Below the pieces are notes generated by a model, which had not been told where the DNA came from, ran no database searches, and saw nothing but the letters and a program-made list of their open reading frames with translations. Both the position numbers and the translations under genes were made by a program. DNA of 51,853 nucleotides from Ferruginibacter sp. (lineage in GTDB: Bacteria > Bacteroidota > Bacteroidia > Chitinophagales > Chitinophagaceae): NCBI GenBank assembly GCA_037969135.1, contig JBBKWV010000167.1:1-51853 (forward strand). Direction: 5' to 3'. Position 1 is the stretch's first letter. Each line of letters begins with the position of its first letter. This document shows, piece after piece, positions 9,195 through 19,263 of the stretch.

Positions 9195-9227
9195 TACCTG
9201 TAAATACAAATTATTAAAATATTATTT

Positions 9228-11063
9228 ATGCAAAAAGGAAGTATAAGGGTACAAACAGAGAATATTTTCCCCATTATTAAAAAGTTTTTATACAGTGAAC
9301 ATGACATATTTATCAGGGAACTGGTGAGCAATGCTGTTGATGCATCCCAAAAAATAAAAACATTATCATCCATTGGTGAAGCAAAAGGTGAATTGGGTGA
9401 GCTCAGGATCAATATTATTATTGATAAAGAAAAGGGAACATTAACCATTGAAGATAATGGAGTGGGAATGACTGCTGAAGAAGTGGATAAGTATATTAAC
9501 CAGGTTGCTTTCAGTGGGGCAGAAGAATTTCTGGATAAATATAAAGGGCAGAACGAAAACAATATCATTGGACACTTTGGTCTTGGTTTTTACAGTTCAT
9601 TTATGGTGAGTGAAAAAGTGGAGATCATTACAAAGAGTTACCAGGCAGATGCAAAAGCAGTAAAATGGGAATGTGACGGAAGCCCGGAATTTACCCTGGA
9701 AGAAACAGAAAAATCAGGAAGAGGAACATCGATTATCATGTACCTCAATGAGGAGAGCAAAGAATTCCTGGAATCTGAAAGGGTGGGTAAGGTGCTGCAG
9801 AAATTTTGTAAATTCCTGCCCGTACCCATTTATTTTGAAGATAAGCAGATCAATAATCCGGCTCCGGCATGGACCAGGAAACCATCTGAATTGACAAAAG
9901 AGGATTATGAGAATTTCTACAAAGAATTATATCCGTTCAGTGAAACGCCTTTATTCTGGATCCATTTGAATGTTGATTATCCTTTCAATCTTACAGGGAT
10001 ACTCTATTTCCCTAAAATTAAACAGAGTTACGAGATCCAGAAAGACAAGATCCAGTTATACAGCAACCAGGTTTTTGTAACGGATGAAGTAAAAGACATC
10101 GTACCTGAATTCCTGATGTTGCTTCATGGAGTCATCGACAGTCCGGATATACCGTTGAATGTTAGCCGCAGTTATTTGCAGGGTGATCCGAATGTAAAAA
10201 AGATCAATGCACATATCACTAAAAAGGTTGCAGATAAACTGGAAGAGATCTTTAATTCAGAGCGTAAAACATTTGAAGAAAAATGGGAAAGTCTGGGTTT
10301 GTTTGTAAAATACGGAATGATGACTGATGATAAATTCCTGGACAAAGCCAATAAGTTTTTTGTTATGGAAGATACCGGTGGGAAATTTCACACAGTAACA
10401 GAGTATAAAACTGCAACGGAAGTTTTACAAAAGAATAAGGAAGGAAAACAGGTAATCATTTATACAACCAATCCTGTACAGCAGGATGCATTTATACAAC
10501 AAGCTGTTGCAAAAGGATATGTTGTAGTTAAGATGGAGACTTTGGTGGATTCCTCTTTCATCAATACAGTTGAAATGAAATGGTCTGATGTCGTCTTTAC
10601 CAGGGTTGATTCAGATATTGCAGAGAATTTAATTGATAAGTCAGAAGCCAATGATAGTGTTTTAAGTAAAGAGGATGCGGAGAAATTAAAAGCCCTTTTT
10701 GATAAACCCCAGGAAGGACTTAACCTGAATATAGAAATTAAAGGGTTGAGTGCAGATGCAGCACCGGTAATGGCTACAAGGCCTGAACAAATGCGCCGTA
10801 TGAAAGATATGGCTTCTATCGGCGGAGGAATGGCTGCATGGTATGCCAGTATGCCTGATGAGGTAAACCTTACTGTAAACGGGAATCATCCCATTTTTCA
10901 AAATGTATTGGCACTGAGTGATAGTGGTATGCAGGAAAAAATGGTAAAGAATCTTGCCGATCTCGCACTGCTTTCTCAGGGATTATTAACAGGAAATAAC
11001 CTTACCAGTTTTATTAGCCGAAGTGTTGAATTACTGGAAGAAAAAAAGATAATAAGCGGTTAA
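9228..11063 (+). CDS. htpG: Molecular chaperone HtpG (Hsp90)
   Basis: FIRELVSNAVDA, DNGVGMT, IIGHFGLGFYSSF, DSPDIPLNVSRSYLQ. Confidence 0.97.
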   Translation: MQKGSIRVQTENIFPIIKKFLYSEHDIFIRELVSNAVDASQKIKTLSSIGEAKGELGELRINIIIDKEKGTLTIEDNGVGMTAEEVDKYINQVAFSGAEEFLDKYKGQNENNIIGHFGLGFYSSFMVSEKVEIITKSYQADAKAVKWECDGSPEFTLEETEKSGRGTSIIMYLNEESKEFLESERVGKVLQKFCKFLPVPIYFEDKQINNPAPAWTRKPSELTKEDYENFYKELYPFSETPLFWIHLNVDYPFNLTGILYFPKIKQSYEIQKDKIQLYSNQVFVTDEVKDIVPEFLMLLHGVIDSPDIPLNVSRSYLQGDPNVKKINAHITKKVADKLEEIFNSERKTFEEKWESLGLFVKYGMMTDDKFLDKANKFFVMEDTGGKFHTVTEYKTATEVLQKNKEGKQVIIYTTNPVQQDAFIQQAVAKGYVVVKMETLVDSSFINTVEMKWSDVVFTRVDSDIAENLIDKSEANDSVLSKEDAEKLKALFDKPQEGLNLNIEIKGLSADAAPVMATRPEQMRRMKDMASIGGGMAAWYASMPDEVNLTVNGNHPIFQNVLALSDSGMQEKMVKNLADLALLSQGLLTGNNLTSFISRSVELLEEKKIISG

Positions 11064-11092
11064 AAAGTAAGACCAGGTATTTATTCAGGCAG

Positions 11093-11157
11093 GCCATTGC
11101 GAAAAAGATTTATTTCCATAAAACAGGGATAAATGTCTTTTCCGCAATGGCTTTTTT
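11093..11157. terminator. Long hairpin terminator between convergent htpG and recJ
   Basis: GCCATTGCGAAAAAGA..TCTTTTCCGCAATGGC followed by a T-run. Confidence 0.75.
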
Positions 11158-11175
11158 ATTTTTGAAAAAGTATTT

Positions 11176-12882
11176 TTACTGTTCACTTAACCGGAGATCC
11201 AGCATTTTTAACTGAATGGTTTTGCTTCCATTCCATTCATTCTCATCAATAGTAAAAACGATATCCAGTGGTTTTTTAGAACCAAGCAGTTGAAATTTTT
11301 CCGGCATATTAAAACCAATTCCGTTGAGAACTACCTCGTTTTGTTTTAAAACAAATCTGATGTGCTGTTCTTTTAAAATTTTGGATAATCCGGTTTCTGA
11401 AACTCTTTTCGCAATAAAAACCGGCCGCATGTTTTCCGGTCCGAATGGTTCCATTTGACTGATGATGTCGAACAGGCTTTGTGTTATTTCTGAAAAACTG
11501 ATCTCTGCATCAATAATTATTTCAGGTATCAGCAAGCGTTCATCAATTGTTGCAGAAACCACTTCATCAAATTTTTTGCTGAAGGCATCTACGTTTTCCG
11601 GCAACATGGAAAGGCCGGCTGCGGCAAAATGCCCGCCATAAGCAACCAATTGTTCCCTGCAGGCATATATCGCTTCATATAAATTAAATCCTGTCACACT
11701 GCGTGCACTACCGGTAACCATGTCACCGCTTTTTGTCAATACTACCGTGGGCCGGTAGTGCTGTTCAATTAACCTGGAAGCAACAATACCTACCACACCC
11801 TTGTGCCATGCTTCCCTGAATACAACGGATGATTTTCTGTTAATATGCTCCGGATCTGCCTGTATCATTTCCAGTGCTTCTTTAGTAATGTTTTTGTCTT
11901 CCAGTTTTCTGTCGCTGTTATCGGCGTGTAACATTTCAGCAAATTCCATTGCAAGTACAGGATCGGTTTCAATAAAAAGCTGCACAGCTTTACGGGCATC
12001 ATCCATACGTCCGGCAGCATTTACCCTGGGTGCAATGACAAATACCACATTGGTTATGCTTAACTTATGTTGGATATTTCCTAATTGGATCAGCGCTTTG
12101 ATGCCTTCAGACGGGTTTGTGTTTATTTTATCCAGTCCCCAAAAAGCCAGCACCCTGTTTTCACCCGTCATGGGTACAATATCAGCGGCAATTGCAGTGG
12201 CAACAAGATCTAGATAACACATAAAAGTTTCATCCGGTAGAGAAAAATGATCTGCGAGTGCGGTCATTAATTTAAATCCGACGCCACATCCGCAAAGATC
12301 TTTGTAAGGATAATTGCAATCAGGTTGTTTGGGATTTAAAATGGCTGCTGCATCAGGCAATATTTTATCCGGCAGATGATGGTCGCAAACAATAAAATCT
12401 ATACCCAGTGTTTTGGCATAAGCGATCAGTTCAACAGATTTAATACCGCAATCCAGGCAGATGATTAAAGTGAATCCGGTATCAGCGGCATAATCAATAC
12501 CCATTTTGCTTACGCCATATCCTTCTCTATAACGGTGAGGGATATAGAAATCTGTAAGATCAGGATTTGTGAGCTTTGAAATAAAGCCGTACATCGATGC
12601 AACAGCTGTAGTACCGTCGACATCATAATCACCGAAAATCAATATTTTCTCATTGGAAGAAAGTGCAGAATCAATCCTGTCTACTGCTTTTCTCATGTCT
12701 TTCATGAGCCAGGGATCATGCAACGTATTTAAATCCGGACGGAAATATTTTTTAGCATCTTCATAGTTTTCAAAACCTCTTTGGACGAGGATCTTACTAA
12801 CAGTTTGATTTATACCAAGAGACTGTTGTAACAGGTCAGTCTTTAATTTATCAAAGGGTAATATGTTCCATCTTTTATCCAA
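11176..12882 (-). CDS. recJ: Single-stranded-DNA exonuclease RecJ (probable TTG start at 12882)
   Basis: GDYDVDG, DCG, DHH, PRVNAAGR, GSARS, GGHFAAAG. The TTG start (xDKRW) removes the overlap with the upstream gene. Confidence 0.95.
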   Translation of the reverse strand: MDKRWNILPFDKLKTDLLQQSLGINQTVSKILVQRGFENYEDAKKYFRPDLNTLHDPWLMKDMRKAVDRIDSALSSNEKILIFGDYDVDGTTAVASMYGFISKLTNPDLTDFYIPHRYREGYGVSKMGIDYAADTGFTLIICLDCGIKSVELIAYAKTLGIDFIVCDHHLPDKILPDAAAILNPKQPDCNYPYKDLCGCGVGFKLMTALADHFSLPDETFMCYLDLVATAIAADIVPMTGENRVLAFWGLDKINTNPSEGIKALIQLGNIQHKLSITNVVFVIAPRVNAAGRMDDARKAVQLFIETDPVLAMEFAEMLHADNSDRKLEDKNITKEALEMIQADPEHINRKSSVVFREAWHKGVVGIVASRLIEQHYRPTVVLTKSGDMVTGSARSVTGFNLYEAIYACREQLVAYGGHFAAAGLSMLPENVDAFSKKFDEVVSATIDERLLIPEIIIDAEISFSEITQSLFDIISQMEPFGPENMRPVFIAKRVSETGLSKILKEQHIRFVLKQNEVVLNGIGFNMPEKFQLLGSKKPLDIVFTIDENEWNGSKTIQLKMLDLRLSEQ

Positions 12883-12889
12883 ACAGTTG

Positions 12890-13852
12890 TTAATATTTTC
12901 TATCTGTAGTAAAGCGAACCAATGATTCCAGTGCATTTCTCACCGGTGATTCATCAAATTGATTTAAAATTTCAAGGGCTTCATCTCTGTATGCGATCAT
13001 TTTCTTTTCTGCATAAGCAATTCCACCACATTCATTTACCGAATTGATTACAAATTTCACACTTTCTTTATTTTTATTTTCATTTTTCAGGATGTATATT
13101 AAACGCTTTTTAGTGGTTTTATCCACTTTGTTTAATGTATAAATCAACGGCAGGGTAAGTTTTTTTTCCCTGATATCATTTCCGGTGGGTTTACCAATAT
13201 CCGCTTCCCCGTAATCAAACAGATCATCCTTGATCTGAAAAGCCATACCAACTTTTTGTCCGAAATTTTTCATTTTCTCTGTCAAATCCAGATCCTTACT
13301 TGTACTGTAAATTCCAACAGCACAGGAAGAAGAAAGCAATGAGGCTGTTTTATTTTTTATGATCTCAAAATAAATATCCTCATCAAGATTCAGTTTTCGT
13401 GATTTTTCCATCTGCAGTAATTCACCTTCGCTCATTTGTTTAACGGCTTCAGAAAGAATGTGCAGATGCATAAAATCTTCATTGCTTGTAGACAGCAATA
13501 AACCTTTCGAAAGCAGGTAATCACCTACCAGGACTGCAATTTTATTTTTCCATATTGCATTTATAGAGAAAAAACCCCTGCGTTCCAATGATTCATCAAC
13601 TACGTCATCATGAACAAGGGTTGCTGTGTGTAAAAGTTCCACCAGGGCAGCGGCCCGGTAAGTACTTTCATTTATTTCACCGTGAAGCCGGGCACTTAAA
13701 AAAACGAACATGGGCCTCATTTGTTTGCCTTTTCGCTTTATGATATACTTCATAATCCGGTCAAGCATCGGGGTTTGACTCCGGACAGCATCCGCAAACT
13801 TTTTTTCAAAAGTGTCCAGTTCCTTGCCAATTATATCTTTTACAAATTTCAT
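12890..13852 (-). CDS. Long-chain polyprenyl diphosphate synthase (IspB-like)
   Basis: GKQMRP, LVHDDVVD..RRG, GDYLL, KTASL, FQIKDDLFD. Confidence 0.93.
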   Translation of the reverse strand: MKFVKDIIGKELDTFEKKFADAVRSQTPMLDRIMKYIIKRKGKQMRPMFVFLSARLHGEINESTYRAAALVELLHTATLVHDDVVDESLERRGFFSINAIWKNKIAVLVGDYLLSKGLLLSTSNEDFMHLHILSEAVKQMSEGELLQMEKSRKLNLDEDIYFEIIKNKTASLLSSSCAVGIYSTSKDLDLTEKMKNFGQKVGMAFQIKDDLFDYGEADIGKPTGNDIREKKLTLPLIYTLNKVDKTTKKRLIYILKNENKNKESVKFVINSVNECGGIAYAEKKMIAYRDEALEILNQFDESPVRNALESLVRFTTDRKY

Positions 13853-14054
13853 TCAAAAAAGAGGCAATATAGCACAGTAAGCAACCTTATCAAATTATTT
13901 TATTTTTTAAAAAATACATTTTACGTTCGTCCGTTTTTGTATTAATTCTTCAATGATTACAGGGTTTTTTTCAAATAAACGACCATCGCGGAGCCGTATA
14001 TACGAAATTTTATCCAACATTTAAAGCAGATATATATAAATAAATGTAAAAAAA

Positions 14055-14085
14055 TTTGGTTTTTCGTACGCATTTGATAAATTTG
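14055..14085 (+). promoter_or_regulatory. Bacteroidota housekeeping promoter (-33/-7)
   Basis: TTTG (14055)-N19-TAAATTTG (14078). Confidence 0.75.
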
Positions 14086-14130
14086 CATCTAATCATCTCG
14101 TATATTTAGAAATCTATCAATCATTAAGTT

Positions 14131-15780
14131 ATGGCAAGCAAAAAGTTAAAACTATTTTTATTAGGCATTTTTACGTTCCTGTTGTCAGGAGTGTATGCCC
14201 AAACTGGCAGTGGTTATAGTGTATATGACTCTTCAGTTATTTCATCAAAAAAAATGCCTCAACAGAATGAATTCTGGAATAACTCATATAGTTTTCCTGC
14301 TAAACCCCGTAATATGTGGGAGGTTGGTGCATCGGTTGGTACATTAATGATCAGTGGTGATGTGCCCATTAAATTTCCAACTGTTGGATTTGAAGCCCAT
14401 GTAAGAAAGGCATTCGGATATGTTTTTTCTATGAGATTACAATACATGAATGCTACCGGAAAAGGATTAAGCTGGCTGGCATCTGAAAACTTTGGAAAAA
14501 ATCCGGCATGGAAAGGTTATTTTGCCCCGGTTCGTACTAATGCAGGGCCAATCTCCTACAGCGATGGTATTCCTGGCAATGCTCCAGGCACTTCTCCTGA
14601 TATCGTTTATTACAATTATAAATCACATGTGCAGGACCTTTCTTTGCAAGGTATCATAACGTTGAACAACGTACGATTCCACAAACAAAAGACTGGATTT
14701 ATAATATATGGAGGTGCTGGTATCGGTGCTACTATTTACAAGACCATGGTAAATGCAAGAAATGCAGCCGGAGGTACATATGCGACTGATTTCAGAAATA
14801 TTTTCAATCAATATGGCACAATATACAAAGATCGTAAAGATGTAACAAAAGCATTGAAAGCAGTTATGGACGATTCTTACGAAACTCCAGCTGAAACAAA
14901 TGGCGAGCGTCGCCCAAAAATAGGTGATAATACCTTAAAGCCATCCGGAACTGTAATGGTTGGGATTGCCTTAAAACTGGGCAAGAGATTAAATCTGGCT
15001 ATTGAAGATCGCCAAACATTTATTAAAGATGATTTGTTGGATGGTCAGCGTTGGCAGGAACATACATACGGAGATGCAGTAATTACAAGTGATTTTGATT
15101 CTTATAATTTCCTTTCAATAGGATTAAACTTCAATTTAGGTGCAAAATCTGTTGAGCCATTATGGTGGATTAATCCATTGGATTATGCATACAGTGAATT
15201 GAATAATCCGAAGCACATGAAGTTGCCAAAACCAACTTACGAAGATGCTGATGGAGATGGAGTATTGGATCAATTGGATCGTGAGCCAAACACACCCGCT
15301 GGTTGCCCGGTAGATACGCATGGTGTAACTAAAGATACAGATGGTGATGGCGTTCCTGATTGCAAAGACAAGCAATTGATCACTCCAACAGAGTGTCAAC
15401 CAGTTGATGTTGATGGAGTTGGTAAATGCCCTGATCCTGAGTGTTGCAAAAATATTCAGGCAATGCAACAGGCCGCAATTCCAAATTGCCCTGCTGATTT
15501 CCCAAGTTTAACTTTTAAAGGTAACGGGATCACATTGGCTAATGATGCTAAAGCAATGTTGGCAACAGTAGCTGCTAAATTAAAAGCCAATCCAAACTGT
15601 AATATCAGCATAAACGGATATCCTGAGGCTTCTAAAGCTTCTCAGGCAGTTTGTCAGAAAAGGGTTGATGCGGTTAAAAGATACCTGGTAGAAAGAGAAG
15701 GAATCAGCGCTGACAGGATCACAACGAATTGCGAAGTAGGAGCAGGAGATAAAAATACAATTGACATTAAGTCAAACTAA
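14131..15780 (+). CDS. OmpA-family outer-membrane protein (barrel, DxDGDG repeats, degenerate OmpA-like C-terminal domain)
   Basis: Signal peptide; barrel ending SIGLNFNLG; DADGDGVLD and DTDGDGVPD; KRVDAVKRYL..GISADRI. Confidence 0.85.
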   Translation: MASKKLKLFLLGIFTFLLSGVYAQTGSGYSVYDSSVISSKKMPQQNEFWNNSYSFPAKPRNMWEVGASVGTLMISGDVPIKFPTVGFEAHVRKAFGYVFSMRLQYMNATGKGLSWLASENFGKNPAWKGYFAPVRTNAGPISYSDGIPGNAPGTSPDIVYYNYKSHVQDLSLQGIITLNNVRFHKQKTGFIIYGGAGIGATIYKTMVNARNAAGGTYATDFRNIFNQYGTIYKDRKDVTKALKAVMDDSYETPAETNGERRPKIGDNTLKPSGTVMVGIALKLGKRLNLAIEDRQTFIKDDLLDGQRWQEHTYGDAVITSDFDSYNFLSIGLNFNLGAKSVEPLWWINPLDYAYSELNNPKHMKLPKPTYEDADGDGVLDQLDREPNTPAGCPVDTHGVTKDTDGDGVPDCKDKQLITPTECQPVDVDGVGKCPDPECCKNIQAMQQAAIPNCPADFPSLTFKGNGITLANDAKAMLATVAAKLKANPNCNISINGYPEASKASQAVCQKRVDAVKRYLVEREGISADRITTNCEVGAGDKNTIDIKSN

Positions 15781-15814
15781 AATAAGTTTTAATTCCACTT
15801 TTTGCTCAATGATG

Positions 15815-15845
15815 AAACCCTCCCAATTTTTGGGAGGGTTTTTTT
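15815..15845 (+). terminator. Intrinsic terminator
   Basis: AAACCCTCCCAA..TTGGGAGGGTTT plus T-run. Confidence 0.9.
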
Positions 15846-15935
15846 AGCCTTTATGGAATACTTAACAACTCTTTTTTGGTGATTTATGTATTTACAGGCA
15901 TTTTTGATAAAAATCTATTAATTTTGCACTTCTTT

Positions 15936-16766
15936 ATGAGAATACTAAAAATAATTGTTCCGGCCCTTTTAATATTGTTTGGATTTACTGCTTGTAATAA
16001 ATTCAGTAAAATTCAGAAAAGCAGGGACTACGAGTATAAGCTTTTGAAAGCAGACGAGTATTATGGAAAAAAGAAATATCAAAATGCCCGTCAATTATAT
16101 GAAGAGTTGTTTCCGGTTTTAAAAGGCACACAAAAATTTGAAGATCTTTATTATAAATATGCATACTGTTTTTTTTATCAGAAGATGTACAGAGATGCTG
16201 AAAATTTATTTAAGGGCTACCTCGAAGTGTTTCCGAACAGCAGCAGGGCAGAAGAAGTGGATTATATGAGGGCATTTTGTTTTTATAAGCAATCTCCCAA
16301 GATAGACCTTGAGCAGGTTAATACAGTAAAGGCAATGGGTATGATGCAAACATTTATCAATACACATCCAGGTTCTTCAAGAATTAAAGATGCTACAGAA
16401 ATTATTGATAAATCAAGAGCAAAACTGGAAGTAAAAGAATACAGAGGTGCTAAGTTATACTATAACCTAAGCCATTTCAGGGCTTCGGCAATTGCTTTTG
16501 GAAATTTACTTAATAATTATCCGGAGTCTGTAAAAGGGGAAGAGTATAAATTAATGATTGTAAAATCTTATTACCGGTTTGCCAAACTAAGTATTCCGGA
16601 AAAAAAAGGAGAACGATTTGAGAAAGTGATTTCGGAATACGAAGATTTTGCAGACAGATACCCAGAAAGCAACCTATTAAAAGAAGCAGAGAATTATAGT
16701 AATTTAAGTCAAAACCATATTAAAGAAATACAAAATGAGCAAAATACGTCGTCAGCTAAGCGCTAG
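15936..16766 (+). CDS. bamD: Outer-membrane protein assembly factor BamD (start reassigned to ATG 15936)
   Basis: Lipobox FTAC; TPR-like repeats; TAATTTTG promoter element at 15919-15926; bamD-rpoZ-coaBC synteny. Confidence 0.88.
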   Translation: MRILKIIVPALLILFGFTACNKFSKIQKSRDYEYKLLKADEYYGKKKYQNARQLYEELFPVLKGTQKFEDLYYKYAYCFFYQKMYRDAENLFKGYLEVFPNSSRAEEVDYMRAFCFYKQSPKIDLEQVNTVKAMGMMQTFINTHPGSSRIKDATEIIDKSRAKLEVKEYRGAKLYYNLSHFRASAIAFGNLLNNYPESVKGEEYKLMIVKSYYRFAKLSIPEKKGERFEKVISEYEDFADRYPESNLLKEAENYSNLSQNHIKEIQNEQNTSSAKR

Positions 16767-17076
16767 TACCAATAGTGTTGTTGAGCCTAAAAAACTAACA
16801 GACCTGAAAGATAGAACCGGAAATTTATATGAATCTATTGCCATTATTGCAAAAAGGGCTAATCAGATTAATATATCTATCAAAGAAGAATTGCATAATA
16901 AATTGGAAGAATTTGCAAGTCATACAGATACATTGGAAGAAATTCACGAAAACAAAGAGCAAATTGAAATTTCTCGTGCATATGAGCGTATGCCCAATCC
17001 GGCTTTACTTGCAACGGCAGAATTTTTAGAAGATAAAGTATATTTTAGAAGGAATGAAGAAGATTTATTCAGTTAA
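16735..17076 (+). CDS. rpoZ: RNA polymerase omega subunit (Bacteroidota type)
   Basis: TGNLYESIAIIAKRANQI..EQIEISRAYERMPNP; synteny. Confidence 0.88.
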   Translation: MSKIRRQLSASTNSVVEPKKLTDLKDRTGNLYESIAIIAKRANQINISIKEELHNKLEEFASHTDTLEEIHENKEQIEISRAYERMPNPALLATAEFLEDKVYFRRNEEDLFS

Positions 17077-17129
17077 TTAAACCTGGATTCAACTTTACAC
17101 ATTTTTTTTAGAATAGAAGTTATAATTTT

Positions 17130-17159
17130 AATCTCGCCTTAATCAGGCGGGATTTTTTT
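17130..17159 (+). terminator. Terminator-like hairpin abutting the coaBC start codon
   Basis: AATCTCGCCT-TAATC-AGGCGGGATT with a T7 run ending at 17159. Confidence 0.6.
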
Positions 17160-18353
17160 ATGTTAAAAGGAAAAAAAATACTTGTAGGGATTACAGGCAG
17201 TATTGCAGCATATAAATCTGCCATATTAGTGAGGTTATTAATCAGGGCAGGAGCAGACGTGAAAGTGATCATGACATCAGCTGCATCGGGTTTTATTGCA
17301 CCCCTTACTTTGTCTACTTTATCAAAGAATGAAGTGTTAACTGAACTGTCTGACAATGATTCCTGGGCAAACCATGTAATGCTGGGAAGATGGGCAGATA
17401 TCATGCTGATAGCACCTTTGAGTTGCAACAGCCTGGCAAAAATGGCCAATGGGTTATGCGATAATTTATTACAGGCAGTATATTTATCTGCCACCTGCCC
17501 GGTGGTGGTTGCTCCGGCAATGGATGAAGATATGTGGAAGCATCCGTCTGTGAAAAATAATATTCAGCAAATTCTCGCATATGGAAATTATGTCATTCCT
17601 GTAGAGAATGGTGAACTCGCCAGCGGACTGAGCGGTGATGGGAGAATGGCAGAACCGGAAAACATCCTTACATGGCTGGAAGGTTTTTTTTTGAAAATTC
17701 GCGACCTGGCAGGTAAAAAAGTATTGGTTACTGCTGGCCCAACTTACGAGGCGATAGATCCTGTTCGATTTATCGGAAACCATTCCTCCGGTAAAATGGG
17801 AATCGCTTTGGCGGATGAATTTTATTCAAGGGGGGCAGAAGTTATTTTGGTCACAGGTCCGGTTTCAGAAAACCTTAATGGTAATTATAAAACCATTAAA
17901 GTTACTTCAGCTTCAGAAATGTTTAATGCATGTTTGCAAATATTCCCCGGAATGGATATAGCCGTTATGAGTGCAGCTGTAGCAGATTATACCATTGCAG
18001 ATCCCTCACAGGAGAAAATAAAAAAGAATGCGGATAAAATTAATATTGAATTGAAAAAAACAACAGACATTTTAAAGTTGATGGGGGAAATAAAGAGATC
18101 AAACCAGTTTCTTGCAGGCTTTGCACTTGAAACAAATAATGAAAAGGAATTTGCTTTAAAAAAACTGAATTCCAAAAATGCAGATATTATTGTATTAAAT
18201 TCTTTAAATGATGTTGCTGCAGGATTTGGACACGACACTAACAAAATCACTATTTTTGATAAAGCAGGAAATGAATATCCATTTGAAACAAAATCAAAAA
18301 CAGCGGTTGCAACAGATATCGTTAATACCATTCTAAAAATTTCTCATGCATAA
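17160..18353 (+). CDS. coaBC: Phosphopantothenoylcysteine decarboxylase/ligase
   Basis: GITGSIAAYK, PAMD, VTAGPTYEAIDPVRFIGNHSSGKMG, AAVADY, GFALET. Confidence 0.97.
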   Translation: MLKGKKILVGITGSIAAYKSAILVRLLIRAGADVKVIMTSAASGFIAPLTLSTLSKNEVLTELSDNDSWANHVMLGRWADIMLIAPLSCNSLAKMANGLCDNLLQAVYLSATCPVVVAPAMDEDMWKHPSVKNNIQQILAYGNYVIPVENGELASGLSGDGRMAEPENILTWLEGFFLKIRDLAGKKVLVTAGPTYEAIDPVRFIGNHSSGKMGIALADEFYSRGAEVILVTGPVSENLNGNYKTIKVTSASEMFNACLQIFPGMDIAVMSAAVADYTIADPSQEKIKKNADKINIELKKTTDILKLMGEIKRSNQFLAGFALETNNEKEFALKKLNSKNADIIVLNSLNDVAAGFGHDTNKITIFDKAGNEYPFETKSKTAVATDIVNTILKISHA

Positions 18354-19263
18354 AATAATATTGCTACTGGTTTTTTTTATTATGACCGGTTTGGTCAGGG
18401 CACAGGAACTCAATAGCAGGGTTACCGTTGTTACAACCCGTGTAGGAAACAATGTAAATAAAAATGCTTTCCGGACTTTACAGACCTCATTGAATAATTT
18501 TTTAAATAATCGGAAATGGACTGCTGAAACCTTTGCGCCGAATGAAAAAATTGATTGTAATTTTTTATTGAACCTGGAATCTACGGGTGAAATAAATGTG
18601 TACAAGGCGTCATTGACCATTCAGGCGGCCCGGCCTGTTTTTAATACATCTTATTTATCCCCGATCATTAATTTTAAAGACGATGACATATTGTTTAAAT
18701 ATGTTGAATTTCAGCAACTCGATTTTAATGAGAACCGGGTAAGCGGAACAGATCCGCAGGTGTCGAATCTTACAGCTGTATTTGCTTATTACGCCTATCT
18801 GGTTTTGGGGTTTGATGCAGCTTCTTTTGCGTTACACGGTGGTGATCTTTTTTTTCAAAAGGCCCAGAATATTGTAAATAATGCCCCGGATGGCAGGAAT
18901 ATATCGGGATGGAAGGCTTTTGACGGGATACGTAACCGTTATTGGCTTGTAGAAAATATGTCGAATAGCCGGTATGCCATTATGCATGATGTTTATTATA
19001 ATTATTACAGGCTGGTAATGGATAAGATGTACGATGATGAAAATTCGGCGAGAACAGAATTATTAAATGTGTTAAACCAGCTTGAAAATTTTAATAATGA
19101 GAATCCCAATAAAATGATTTCCCAGTTTTTTTTCCAGGGAAAATCAAATGAACTGATCAAAGTATTCTCCAAAGCAAAACCGCCAGAGAAAGCAAGAGCT
19201 ATTGAATTGCTTACCAAACTCGATCTTACCAATGCAGGGAAATATAAAGAGGAACTTAAATGA
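18346..19263 (+). CDS. DUF4835 family protein (T9SS-associated, PorD-like)
   Basis: Signal peptide then AQELNSRVTV; FLNNRKWT; ARPVFNTSY; AYYAYLVLGFD; position after coaBC. Confidence 0.8.
   Translation: MHKIILLLVFFIMTGLVRAQELNSRVTVVTTRVGNNVNKNAFRTLQTSLNNFLNNRKWTAETFAPNEKIDCNFLLNLESTGEINVYKASLTIQAARPVFNTSYLSPIINFKDDDILFKYVEFQQLDFNENRVSGTDPQVSNLTAVFAYYAYLVLGFDAASFALHGGDLFFQKAQNIVNNAPDGRNISGWKAFDGIRNRYWLVENMSNSRYAIMHDVYYNYYRLVMDKMYDDENSARTELLNVLNQLENFNNENPNKMISQFFFQGKSNELIKVFSKAKPPEKARAIELLTKLDLTNAGKYKEELK

Noticed and set aside
13853-14054. ncRNA or small ORF between the prenyltransferase and OmpA genes
   Set aside because: No stable fold or credible ORF; consistent with divergent promoter DNA
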